Shown here: positions 47,301 through 56,234 of the stretch, piece by piece
How positions within the stretch are numbered: position 1 is the stretch's first letter
Layout: every line of letters starts with the position of its first letter
Origin: a phage
DNA: 64,000 nt
Reading direction: 5' to 3' (one strand)
NCBI GenBank assembly: GCA_027263115.1
Contig: GCA_027263115.1_3656.1
The notes under the pieces: model-generated
Told to the model about the DNA's origin: nothing
Database searches by the model: none
What the model saw: the letters and a program-made list of their open reading frames with translations, nothing else
Translations under genes and position numbers: made by a program

Positions 47301-47400
47301 CATGTCAATTATGTCATATTGTGTCACCATTATGTCACTATTGTGTCACCAGTATGCCCAGTATGTCAATTGAGTCTAAAGTGTCAAAGGTGTCAGACAA
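47301..47400. repeat. 10-bp-periodic TGTCA tandem array
   Basis: about ten units (catgtcaatt, atgtcatatt, gtgtcaccat ...) each containing TGTCA or a near variant at helical-turn spacing. Confidence 0.6.
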
Positions 47401-47859
47401 GTTTTTCTCCTCTTTGTCAAGTGCTGCATGAAAAATTTACAAGCTTGTATGGTAGCATTTTTGCGGCCCGTTTACATTCAGTGATGTATGTATAACCCTT
47501 GTTGTGTGGGAGTTTAGACGTCTAGACGGTTGGAAGTCTGCAGGTCAATATCTAATCTATCGGCTGCTAACTATATCCCACACAAATAGTAAGAAATATA
47601 ATTGTTATATGTGTAAACAGTAACTCATGTTATCAATCCCTGTATGGATCGCCAGTGGTGCGCATAATGGGTATTATGTTAAATTGCCCGTAATGATAAC
47701 AGTTCTCACAATGATAGGTATTCTCATTCATCCACACAAAATAGGTTGCAAATGTTGTGCCACTGTGTGAACGGCCTGGCCTATTAATTTCTCTCACTGC
47801 CTCGATATTTGAGGATTGTTATAAGAATGAGAAGTATTCCCATTCCGTCCGCCTGGCAG

Positions 47860-48180
47860 CGCTCCTGTAGGTCCTGCAAGGACTCTAGCTGAAAGCTAGA
47901 CCCTTCGGGCCTCCCTGTAGGTCAGGTCAAAATCGTGGCAGAACTGAGCCTGTTCAGATATTTCTGGCTGACTCTTCAGGTCTGTGTGGGAAAAGCCAAC
48001 CTCTCCGGCGGGGCAGGGGAGGGAGGTAAATTAAAAAATTTACGTGGTGTATGAAGCGCTCTTCAGGTAAGGCAGGTATTATGTGATGAAACCCTCTTCA
48101 GGCAATGATATTTGTGGGTGTGATATTTGCTGGAAAGCCAGATATGACGGGACTCCCGGCGGGGCAGGGGTAGTACAGAC
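47860..48180. repeat. G-rich direct repeats
   Basis: CCGGCGGGGCAGGGG at 48004 and 48155; CCTGTAGGTC at 47864 and 47914; CTCTTCAGG at 47972, 48059, 48094 (also 48508 and 49156). Confidence 0.5.
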
Positions 48181-48866
48181 GGGGGAAATATGGGGATGTA
48201 GTTGGGGAAATTGATCAGGCAGGTAGAGTATGGAATATGTTACAAGTATGTTAAATATGGAGGTTGAATATCTGTAGGATTTGTGTGTAAAATCAAAGAC
48301 TTAAGTGGTGTTGTGGTATTTTCTATAAATAATTCAAGTTTAATAGGTAATATTTGCCTCTATCCACTTTGTGTGGTAAACAGATTCAGATGAGATTAGT
48401 TTACAAGTGTATACATAATATACAAATTAAAGATACAAGAAACCCCCCTCCCCCCTTCGGCTACCATTCACCTTTTCCTCTGACTGGTACTTAAACACTT
48501 ATTCAGACTCTTCAGGTTATCACCCATATATCATATGGCAGTGACTGGTGTCCTCCGGCCCCTCTTTCGTCACCCGTCCGCTTCGCCATGCTAATGCCAT
48601 AGCTAATGGTTCGGTTGTTCACCCTGTTCACTCAGGTGTATCTCTATACCCCTTCAAACCGAAGAGAACAGAAAACCCGAATTACTCGGTAAAAGAAAAG
48701 AGAAGAACTTAATTTTATCAGGATAGGCAAGAATGTCAAGGCATGACTGCTCACTAAACAAGCAAACAGTCATGTGTGGGAGGTAAGTGATTGTGGTGGT
48801 AGGAAATTTAGTTGAAAGATGTGTTATAGGTGCTTCCAGCACTTTAGCCGGGCAGCTAATTGTGTG

Positions 48867-49082
48867 TCAGTCCAGCGGTTCATCCTCTACTTCACTGAAA
48901 TCAATGTTCATGGTCTCTTCCCAACCATCGATCTCAGCACAAGAGTGGAGTTCTTTAGGGTTTACTCCCAAAGCCTCAGCAACAGAGTCTATATTTAACA
49001 CCTCTGGCAGGTATGATTCATCGAATTCAAGGTAAATCAGGCCACGAGTGTTGTCAGCTCCACCAAATATCTCTATCTTCAT
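48867..49082 (-). CDS. small acidic protein
   Basis: 71-aa ORF, last gene of the leftward block. Confidence 0.55.
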   Translation of the reverse strand: MKIEIFGGADNTRGLIYLEFDESYLPEVLNIDSVAEALGVNPKELHSCAEIDGWEETMNIDFSEVEDEPLD

Positions 49083-49203
49083 AAAATCTCCTCTGGGAAT
49101 GAAAGTGTGAACAGGGTTTTATACGTTCTAATGCACAGGAATTATACACGTTTGCCTCTTCAGGCCATGCTTTAGCATGAGGAACCTGTGTGGGCTCGGT
49201 GCT

Positions 49204-49416
49204 TCATAGTCTACCACCTCTGAACTCTTCGTGCTCAGGCATAATAGAGAACCAGATATCTACGATGTCCTCCCACGTCAGGTCATCAGCCTCAGGATCT
49301 GTCTGGGACGAAGATGAAGAGTCCTCAGAATCTAAGTTTTCCTCTTTAACTGGCTCATCCAAGGGACATATGGTCACTCCTTCGGATGTCTCTTCAGATG
49401 CATGTGTGTTGATCAT
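49204..49416 (-). CDS. small acidic Ser-rich protein
   Basis: 70-aa ORF. Confidence 0.5.
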   Translation of the reverse strand: MINTHASEETSEGVTICPLDEPVKEENLDSEDSSSSSQTDPEADDLTWEDIVDIWFSIMPEHEEFRGGRL

Positions 49417-49776
49417 GTTCCACCCGTGAGTATTCCGGCAACAGCCGCTATGGAAGTAATGATCATCAGGATCACCACTAAAACTTCAGACAATGTTCTC
49501 ATTGTGTATTCCATATTCTCCAAACTGTGTGTGGATACTATCACGGGAGCGGTAATGTGTCAACAGCAACGCCGCGAGGGTTTGGTTAAAATCCGAGCGT
49601 ATGGTGATTTGGGTCAAAACGGACGTGCGTTCTCGCTACGCTCGAAAGAGAGACTTGTTTGTAGAAAGCTCTTAAACGCTCTGTAACGAGATTATCTGTC
49701 CAAGGTATGCAATCGTGCACCAGATAAAGAAAAGGACGCCACAGAGCGTCCTAGGTGTCTTAAATTTGATATTTTG

Positions 49777-50088
49777 CTATACCCATGATGGCTTATCAAG
49801 GTTGGAGTAGCTGAAAGGTGTCAAAAGGTGACTGTCAAAATCTCTCAAACTATCCAGATCTTTTTCCTCGTCCTGACACCATCTGTGCCTGCATTTATTG
49901 TTGTAGTGCATAGAATGCATGGCGTTCTGCAACTTAACAGGCACAAGTGATTCCGGAGTAGATAGTATTGTTGGGTATGCCAGAACCACCTCAAACAGTG
50001 GAAACACATCGAAACTAAAATCTACCTCTGCAGAGGTTGATGGCATGTAGGAGTATTTAGCCGTCTTTGTAGACATAATCCACCTCAC
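49777..50088 (-). CDS. hypothetical protein
   Basis: 103-aa ORF. Confidence 0.5.
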   Translation of the reverse strand: MRWIMSTKTAKYSYMPSTSAEVDFSFDVFPLFEVVLAYPTILSTPESLVPVKLQNAMHSMHYNNKCRHRWCQDEEKDLDSLRDFDSHLLTPFSYSNLDKPSWV

Positions 50089-50411
50089 ACAGGTTTGATA
50101 ATACCTTTACCGAATAATTCTTCGTATCTAATCTTATCCGGATCCCACTCTTGGATAATTTCGAAGACAATATCCAACCCAGGGATAATCACTTCTCCAG
50201 TGTCAAGTTTGGCAAGAACAAAACCAGAAGGCTGAATGGTTTCCCAGTTGCGCCGATTGGAATAGAAGACCTCGAAAATATCGCCGACCTTTATCTGTTG
50301 ATCAAGATGTTCAAGATTCTCTTTCATATAGACGCAGCGGATTTTTCGTGCAGGCCATAGACCACCTGCATCACGTTCATTTAGCTCTTTTACAGTAATC
50401 GGTATACCCAT
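50085..50411 (-). CDS. hypothetical protein
   Basis: 108-aa ORF, ATGA overlap. Confidence 0.55.
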   Translation of the reverse strand: MGIPITVKELNERDAGGLWPARKIRCVYMKENLEHLDQQIKVGDIFEVFYSNRRNWETIQPSGFVLAKLDTGEVIIPGLDIVFEIIQEWDPDKIRYEELFGKGIIKPV

Positions 50412-50434
50412 CTCAAATCTCCTTCATAGATAGT

Positions 50435-50462
50435 AAAAAGAGGGGCCCAAGCCCCCCCTCTT
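50435..50462 (-). terminator. intrinsic terminator (leftward)
   Basis: on the minus strand, hairpin agagggggggcttgggcccctct followed by TTTTT, just past the stop of the 50468 gene. Confidence 0.6.
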
Positions 50463-50467
50463 TGTCA

Positions 50468-50773
50468 TTATTCTACAGAGCGTTTGAACAGAATGTCTGC
50501 CTCAGACATGTGCTCAACCTCTTCTTCGATTTTAGCGCGACGTTTTTCAGCCTCATAGCGAATATCGAACTCGGTAGCCACCAGAGATTTGATGAATTTA
50601 GGAGAATACAGGTGATCCTGCTTCTCAACGAGAATGATATCCTTAATGGCATCTTTCAGATCTTTAATCTGAAGTTGGAGTTCTACCAGTTCTTCGATTG
50701 TTTTGCGAAGGCGATCACGCTCTGCAGTGTCAGAAGGAAGAGAGGTGAACAGTTCAACTTTAGATTTAGCCAT
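50468..50773 (-). CDS. hypothetical coiled-coil protein
   Basis: 101-aa ORF with AAGGAGAC RBS. Confidence 0.55.
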   Translation of the reverse strand: MAKSKVELFTSLPSDTAERDRLRKTIEELVELQLQIKDLKDAIKDIILVEKQDHLYSPKFIKSLVATEFDIRYEAEKRRAKIEEEVEHMSEADILFKRSVE

Positions 50774-50801
50774 AGTAAGAGTCTCCTTATGTTGTTTTAA
50801 A

Positions 50802-51053
50802 TTAACGTTCTACAAAAATACCGTTCAGTTCAATAACCAGGAATTTCTGGTCTTCACTATCGTCTCGTGCCAGCACCTCACAGACGTATCGGTCATCCCC
50901 ATCATCATCGCAGTCAAATACAAGACTGAGGACTTTATCATGGTAAACCTTCGCCACTACCGCCTCGTAAGTATTGCCGATTGTGAATCCAAGATAATCT
51001 CCGATGCATTTGACAACAACATGGTCTCCAGCATTTAAGTCAATCTTCGTCAT
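50802..51053 (-). CDS. hypothetical acidic protein
   Basis: ATG after AAGGAG; track ORF 50802-51119 extends upstream. Confidence 0.5.
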   Translation of the reverse strand: MTKIDLNAGDHVVVKCIGDYLGFTIGNTYEAVVAKVYHDKVLSLVFDCDDDGDDRYVCEVLARDDSEDQKFLVIELNGIFVER

Positions 51054-51208
51054 TACTGCGCTCCTTGGGTAATAATACTGTATGTAAAACTTTAACCAGA
51101 GATGTGAATAACGCCCCAAAACACACCGATAGCGCTAAAACAGACAAGGCCATCATTAAAGCTTCAGTAAAATCAGTCATTCCTCACCTCTTGTTAGTCA
51201 CTATACTA

Positions 51209-51472
51209 TCATTTATCCTTGTCGTCAAGAACTTTTTTAAATCTTTCAGGGATATCTCCCGTTCTTAGATAGTTCATGACCTCGCAAGGTTCCCACTTGA
51301 ATTTCTTACAGAGCAGGGCGGCTGAGATTGTTTCATTGCGAAAAGAAAGGATATTAATATCCCACTCTGAGAACCCCAACTTCCGAAGGGTAGCTACAGA
51401 AATCCTCACCGCAACCCAGCAGCAAAAACATGCAACAAACGCCACTGCTACAACCCACATCAGGATGTTCAT
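51209..51472 (-). CDS. hypothetical membrane protein
   Basis: N-terminal hydrophobic segment ILMWVVAVAFVACFCCWVAV. Confidence 0.5.
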   Translation of the reverse strand: MNILMWVVAVAFVACFCCWVAVRISVATLRKLGFSEWDINILSFRNETISAALLCKKFKWEPCEVMNYLRTGDIPERFKKVLDDKDK

Positions 51473-51561
51473 ATAAGCACCTTACTGAAATACAAGACAC
51501 AGTGTTAAGGTTACTGACCAGCAAATAATTAACAGTGCCGTTGCAACCTTGGCAAGATTTA

Positions 51562-51849
51562 TCATAGTGCCTCTAAGATTTCATATCCTTCGGGTCGGAA
51601 TACAAGCCACTCCGTGGCTCCGTTTGGTCGATACGCTTTATACAGAACAACCTGGTCTCGGCACATGCACATGGCTACATAGTTTTCATCCACACCTGCA
51701 GCCTGCATTGCATCTTCTTCTCCGGCAACTGCTTTGCTTACAACTTCCTTGGTAGGCAGGTGTGCGATCAGCTCGTCACCATCATTAATTCCAAAATGGC
51801 TGAGTTCGCCGTTGGTATCTTTAATCTTAATCTTAACCAGATCTTTCAT
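51562..51849 (-). CDS. small acidic protein (possible distant member of the MKVK family)
   Basis: 95-aa ORF, ATGA overlap. Confidence 0.5.
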   Translation of the reverse strand: MKDLVKIKIKDTNGELSHFGINDGDELIAHLPTKEVVSKAVAGEEDAMQAAGVDENYVAMCMCRDQVVLYKAYRPNGATEWLVFRPEGYEILEAL

Positions 51850-52178
51850 TAGTCTTCCCCCAGGTTCAAAGGTCCTAAGATTTCATATGCCAGATTAGAA
51901 GTTACAAGAGGGTCTTCTGCGTCTTTAGTATTATACCACCCGTGAATAACCAGAGTCCCACTTTGTTTCATGTCCAACTGGAACTCTTCTGCCGTTTCCT
52001 CATCCAGCTCCAAGATTTCCATAAGGTATTTGATGTTAGGGAGGTATGCAGCTGTTACAGTCCCCTCTACCAGACCTTCAGGCCAACCTACATCTGGATG
52101 ACAAGTAGGAACCAGGTTGGTCAGCTTAATGGTGTACGCTTTTTCTGCACGAGCCTTCAGTAACGGGTCAATCTTCAT
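51849..52178 (-). CDS. small acidic protein
   Basis: 109-aa ORF, ATGA overlap. Confidence 0.5.
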   Translation of the reverse strand: MKIDPLLKARAEKAYTIKLTNLVPTCHPDVGWPEGLVEGTVTAAYLPNIKYLMEILELDEETAEEFQLDMKQSGTLVIHGWYNTKDAEDPLVTSNLAYEILGPLNLGED

Positions 52179-52528
52179 TATTCGTCCTCCTCTTCGGTAC
52201 CTGCTTCCAGTAATAAGTTAAGAATATCTTCTGCACAAGGTTCATAGAACTCTTGGCCTTCATTATCGATGATTTTGTAGTCATCTCCACGAATAATCAG
52301 GGGATCACTCTCAAAATTATCGAGACCTTTAACAACGACAACACGATCGATTGCCATCATTGTAAGAACTTTATCGACATCTTCCTCTGCTACACCATAC
52401 TGCAGCAGAATGTCTTTGGTAGGAGGAACAGCATCCACCACAACGCCGTTACCAAAACCTTCTGGAAGTTTAGCTAAAATATCTTCCGGAACCACATTCA
52501 CATCAAAACCGGTAATTTCTACTTTCAT
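52178..52528 (-). CDS. small acidic protein (MKVE start, family-like)
   Basis: 116-aa ORF, acidic C-terminus. Confidence 0.5.
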   Translation of the reverse strand: MKVEITGFDVNVVPEDILAKLPEGFGNGVVVDAVPPTKDILLQYGVAEEDVDKVLTMMAIDRVVVVKGLDNFESDPLIIRGDDYKIIDNEGQEFYEPCAEDILNLLLEAGTEEEDE

Positions 52529-52789
52529 TTACAGCACCTCTTCGTCAACTACTTCATAAAAATGGCCTGGGATTGCAATAGCGTTCTCACCTTCACCTAC
52601 AAACACAGTTCCGTCAAGAATCAACATCATAAGAATTTCTGTAATATCCTCTTCCGGAACGTTGCCAAAACCTTTAATCAGCTCGTAGGTTGGAATATTT
52701 ACCTCTAAGATGTCACCATCTTTAGAACGGAAATCAACACCGTCCTGAATCTCTGCCGTTTCAAGGTTTTTCAATTTAATCTTCATCAA
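52529..52789 (-). CDS. small acidic protein (MKIK start, family-like)
   Basis: 86-aa ORF ending ...VVDEEVL. Confidence 0.5.
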   Translation of the reverse strand: MMKIKLKNLETAEIQDGVDFRSKDGDILEVNIPTYELIKGFGNVPEEDITEILMMLILDGTVFVGEGENAIAIPGHFYEVVDEEVL

Positions 52790-52865
52790 TCGGTCCCCTG
52801 TCTTGTTAAGATGAAGGTATTATTTCACACAGGGTTGGCGTTGTCAACACCTGTGTGCAAGAAAA

Positions 52866-53261
52866 TTACTGAAACAGTGCGGATAAATTACCTTCTGGTG
52901 GGAACTTATCTGCCAAAAACGGTGTTAGCACAGTAGCCTTCTGAAGATCTGGGGTCCACTCGTTGTTCAGAACATCCCAGTAGTACGCAATGTTGCTGTG
53001 TGGGTGCCGCATTACGAACTTTTTCCCTTCGTAGTCATCTGAAACCTCTACAGAAGAAATAACAACAGAATCTTCAAGGGTTTCTTCATAGAAAGATCCA
53101 CCTTCAAATTTCCAACGAGATGCAAGAGCCCCTGCCTTGAACGCTGCAGATAACGGACTGTCGGCAAGAACATACATTTCTTGCACTCTGTCGCTGCGAT
53201 CTTTGCTTCTTACGTTGTATACAGTATCTGAGCTATACTCAACACGGTATAGGCTTACCAT
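52866..53261 (-). CDS. hypothetical protein, paralog of 55068-55466
   Basis: RHPHSNIAYYWDVLNNEWTP vs HPDSRVKHYWNARTKTWTP in the paralog. Confidence 0.55.
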   Translation of the reverse strand: MVSLYRVEYSSDTVYNVRSKDRSDRVQEMYVLADSPLSAAFKAGALASRWKFEGGSFYEETLEDSVVISSVEVSDDYEGKKFVMRHPHSNIAYYWDVLNNEWTPDLQKATVLTPFLADKFPPEGNLSALFQ

Positions 53262-53620
53262 TACCGCACCTCCTCAATAACTTCCACATCTGAACCTACC
53301 ACAAATGCAAAAGGACAGGTTTCATGAAAGATATCCGGATCGCCGCCAAGCTTGCTAACAATTTCTCCACCACTAATAAACACAAGCTCACCGATATTCA
53401 TCAGATTGCTGAAATAGTACCCATAATGATTAAAGAATGCAGCAGGGTCAGGTAGACTAGTAGCCTCAAGCACTACATCGGTTGAGGTTACTTTCTTATC
53501 ATAACCTCTCGCCTTTTGAGATGCAAGATCTGCAGAATCCTCAGGCGACCGGAGATGCATAGGAATTGTTTCACCAATAAAGCGTACTTTCATATTATCA
53601 CCCAACAACCATAGCTTCAA
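53261..53620 (-). CDS. small acidic protein, MKVK family
   Basis: likely starts at internal MKVRFIGE; ends ...DVEVIEEVR. Confidence 0.5.
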   Translation of the reverse strand: MKLWLLGDNMKVRFIGETIPMHLRSPEDSADLASQKARGYDKKVTSTDVVLEATSLPDPAAFFNHYGYYFSNLMNIGELVFISGGEIVSKLGGDPDIFHETCPFAFVVGSDVEVIEEVR

Positions 53621-53861
53621 AAGGAGTCATGAACGAATAAACGGCATCATCATCTGCTTCAGGGAATGCTCCCAAAGACTTCATATCTGAGCCCTTGACA
53701 AATACAAGGTTTTGATCAAAGGCTTCTTGGGGGTCAATCCGATACATATTTCGTAAAATATCGCTTACCTCCTCATCAAGAGGTGAGTATGCTGTGCACG
53801 TTTTTCCGATCAAGCTTTGAGAATCAGGGTATCCACCTGAAGTTTTAAAATAAACAATCAT
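53598..53861 (-). CDS. small acidic protein, MKVK family
   Basis: GYPDSQSLIGK...VFVKGSDMKSLGA resembles the 59276 and 55479 members. Confidence 0.5.
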   Translation of the reverse strand: MIVYFKTSGGYPDSQSLIGKTCTAYSPLDEEVSDILRNMYRIDPQEAFDQNLVFVKGSDMKSLGAFPEADDDAVYSFMTPFEAMVVG

Positions 53862-53952
53862 ATAGTATCACCTCTGGTAAGAGATTGGGACTCCTTTCCC
53901 ACAAATAATTACAAATCTTCCTTAGCGAGGAAGTATGCTAATCCAAGCAGGA

Positions 53953-54222
53953 TTATTCCTCTACAATCTCATACACATCAGGAGTTACAATCAACTCTTC
54001 TCCGTTACCCGGTGCAACAAACACCACCAAACCTTCAGGTGTGTGCTTTTTAGCCATCTCGATAACATCTTCTCGCAGAGCTGGCTCCATCAGATCAAAA
54101 CCTTCACCTAGGGCATCACGAACCACCTTCATATAGTCCACTGGTTGTGCTTCAACAATCATGCCTTCAACCAGTCCACAATTTTTGTCTGCCAGCTCAG
54201 TTTGGAATAATTTAATTTTCAT
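53953..54222 (-). CDS. small acidic protein (MKIK start, family-like)
   Basis: 89-aa ORF ending ...YEIVEE. Confidence 0.55.
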   Translation of the reverse strand: MKIKLFQTELADKNCGLVEGMIVEAQPVDYMKVVRDALGEGFDLMEPALREDVIEMAKKHTPEGLVVFVAPGNGEELIVTPDVYEIVEE

Positions 54223-54248
54223 TTAGAGGTCTCCTCAATTATTTGATA

Positions 54249-54350
54249 TTAATAGCCGTAACCTAACACATTAACTACAACTGCGATTGCAAACATAATT
54301 TCAAAGCATGCAATCTCTACACTTGGGACTAATTTCTTAATCACGCCCAT
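54249..54350 (-). CDS. small hydrophobic peptide (33 aa)
   Basis: ATG after GAGGTG; hydrophobic core. Confidence 0.35.
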   Translation of the reverse strand: MGVIKKLVPSVEIACFEIMFAIAVVVNVLGYGY

Positions 54351-54359
54351 TGTAGCACC

Positions 54360-54677
54360 TCATTCTCCAAAGTCAATCTTTACTTTTCCTTTCCCTTTAC
54401 CTTTCTTTCCACCGCATTTAGCCAGCTGACGTGCTGCAACATCTACCATACGGTCAGTTGCCTCGTAAGCATCACTGCCTTTAGCTTTGGCAATAACTTC
54501 TTTTCCAGAAGTGTCAAAAATGAACGCCATAACTTCCTGGTGATCATTTTCAACTTTTACACTTACACGTGCATGATTTACAGAAGGATGTAGACGCTCC
54601 AGTTTTGACATTTTGTGGGAAATGAAAGACACCATACCTTCGGTGATTTCTACGTTGCCAGTAATCTCAATTTGCAT
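54360..54677 (-). CDS. ribosome hibernation factor, RaiA/HPF (YfiA) family
   Basis: MQIEITGNVEITEGM...KLERL...V.VKVE...A.GSDAYEA.D...D...RQLAK aligns with E. coli HPF/RaiA as recalled; Lys/Gly-rich tail. Confidence 0.8.
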   Translation of the reverse strand: MQIEITGNVEITEGMVSFISHKMSKLERLHPSVNHARVSVKVENDHQEVMAFIFDTSGKEVIAKAKGSDAYEATDRMVDVAARQLAKCGGKKGKGKGKVKIDFGE

Positions 54678-54759
54678 AACGTGTTCCTTTTAAAGAAGAG
54701 AGAATAACTCTCTCTTTGAAAACAATAATACTATAACTGAAGCGTTGTGTCAACAGTTT

Positions 54760-55050
54760 TTACAGATTGTTGTCGATAGTATTTAAAATATCTACAGCAA
54801 GATCTGCCATTTTTCGAACATACTCTGCAAACTCAACAGGATCCTTGATCAAAGAATTCACAGGGTCGTACCCTAGAGCGTTTAAAATGGCTGCAGCATC
54901 TACAACCTTCTCATCATTTGCGAAGATCTCTCCGTCAAACTTGTAGGTCCATTTTGAGTCAACCTTAGCAGAGCAGGGTTTGTCCATGCTTGTTACACCA
55001 TCGTCTTTAAACTCTCCTGCGTTATCAATATTTAGAATTAAATCCATCAT
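54760..55050 (-). CDS. hypothetical protein
   Basis: 96-aa ORF. Confidence 0.55.
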   Translation of the reverse strand: MMDLILNIDNAGEFKDDGVTSMDKPCSAKVDSKWTYKFDGEIFANDEKVVDAAAILNALGYDPVNSLIKDPVEFAEYVRKMADLAVDILNTIDNNL

Positions 55051-55067
55051 GGTGACACCTCACTGTT

Positions 55068-55466
55068 TCAGTTTAGCTTTTCTTCAACAACCCCATAACT
55101 TGGGGCAGAGTCAAGAGCTTTCTGGTTTAAAAGTGGCGTAGCAGAATCTGCAAACGGTGTCCAAGTTTTTGTTCTGGCATTCCAGTAATGCTTCACTCTG
55201 GAATCTGGATGCACTATAACAAAAACTTTTTCACTTGTCAACACATTAATTTCTTCTACACCCTTGCTGATAATTTCTCCGTCATAGCCCCCAGTCTGGT
55301 ATCCTTCGTACCAGGTTCTTGCATAGGCATAGCCAGCCTGCCAGCATGCAGCCTCCTCCGAGGTGGAGACTACGTAGAAGTCTTTCTCAAATTCTGGAAT
55401 ACGCCCTTGCTTTACGCTCCAAGCCCCGCGAATTTTCATTGTAACTTTAAACAGTTTATTTTTCAC
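55068..55466 (-). CDS. hypothetical protein, paralog of 52866-53261
   Basis: 132-aa ORF; see paralog. Confidence 0.55.
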   Translation of the reverse strand: MKNKLFKVTMKIRGAWSVKQGRIPEFEKDFYVVSTSEEAACWQAGYAYARTWYEGYQTGGYDGEIISKGVEEINVLTSEKVFVIVHPDSRVKHYWNARTKTWTPFADSATPLLNQKALDSAPSYGVVEEKLN

Positions 55467-55478
55467 AACGGTTACCCA

Positions 55479-55733
55479 TCACAGCTCTACAATATCTGCA
55501 TCTGACCCTACCCCAAAGGCATAGTAGGACTCTTCCCCGAAATAATATTCAGGTGCACCAGCGGTGATCAGGTCTGATCCCAAGATAAACACCACGTTGT
55601 GGCCTACATAACTGTGATGTTGCCGCACAGGATCATCCCACGGCAACCCTTCAAAGTATACCGCAGGAACGACCTTTCCATTCAGGAAGGATTGTCCCAA
55701 GTAGACGTTAGAATCAAGAATTTTAACCTTCAT
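55479..55733 (-). CDS. small acidic protein, MKVK family
   Basis: MKVKILDSNVYLGQ...LITAGAPEYYFGEE. Confidence 0.55.
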   Translation of the reverse strand: MKVKILDSNVYLGQSFLNGKVVPAVYFEGLPWDDPVRQHHSYVGHNVVFILGSDLITAGAPEYYFGEESYYAFGVGSDADIVEL

Positions 55734-55950
55734 GATCGTCCTCCACTACCTCTACATCCTCACCTAGGGCAAAGTTATAGGTCCACTGACTGTCAAAGCA
55801 TTCCTGAGATGCACCAGCGGCAATAAGATCTGCTCCTTTTATTTTTAAAAGGTCAGGGTAATCTTCGTTAGGGACAGCAGTAAACACTTTTCCTACTAAA
55901 GGCTCCTGACCAATATAGAAGCTTGAATCTAAAACTTTAACTTTCATCAA
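55723..55950 (-). CDS. small acidic protein, MKVK family
   Basis: MKVKVLDSSFYIGQ...LIAAGASQECFD. Confidence 0.5.
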   Translation of the reverse strand: MMKVKVLDSSFYIGQEPLVGKVFTAVPNEDYPDLLKIKGADLIAAGASQECFDSQWTYNFALGEDVEVVEDDHEG

Positions 55951-56234
55951 CGGTCTCCATCAGGTGGTTGTGGGACGTAAACACTGTTACGAATATCGTC
56001 AGCAGTGTAGTAATAAGTGGTTCCAACCCTGTCTCGGGCTGCAATGTACTCTGCTATACCAATAAGTGCCATTGATTTGGTGGCGTATCTTCCCAACTCG
56101 TTAGCTCCCCAGTAGAATTTAGACCAGTAGGGAATAAGACCGAACAAATATACCTTTTGACGAACTTCCCAGTAAGTGCCTTTTCCGACAAGTTTAAACT
56201 CTACTTCACTACTGTTAATCTTTTTCATTATCAA
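55947..56234 (-). CDS. hypothetical protein
   Basis: 95-aa ORF, ATGA overlap. Confidence 0.5.
   Translation of the reverse strand: MIMKKINSSEVEFKLVGKGTYWEVRQKVYLFGLIPYWSKFYWGANELGRYATKSMALIGIAEYIAARDRVGTTYYYTADDIRNSVYVPQPPDGDR

Noticed and set aside
47145-47431. Two overlapping ORFs (61 aa minus, 67 aa plus) in the iteron region
   Set aside because: Both are generated by the tandem GTAAACAGT and TGTCA repeats (repetitive peptides such as NSDSVNSDSV), with no RBS.
48057-48063. SapI/EarI-type site (GCTCTTC) inside a CTCTTCAGG repeat
   Set aside because: Only one of the five CTCTTCAGG copies has the extra G; likely coincidental.
46270-48860. Possible CRISPR array or tRNA genes in the ORF-free region
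   Set aside because: Repeats are heterogeneous with irregular spacing rather than 28-37-bp repeats with uniform spacers, and no convincing tRNA T-arm (GTTCRANYC flanked by a complementary stem) or cloverleaf was found.
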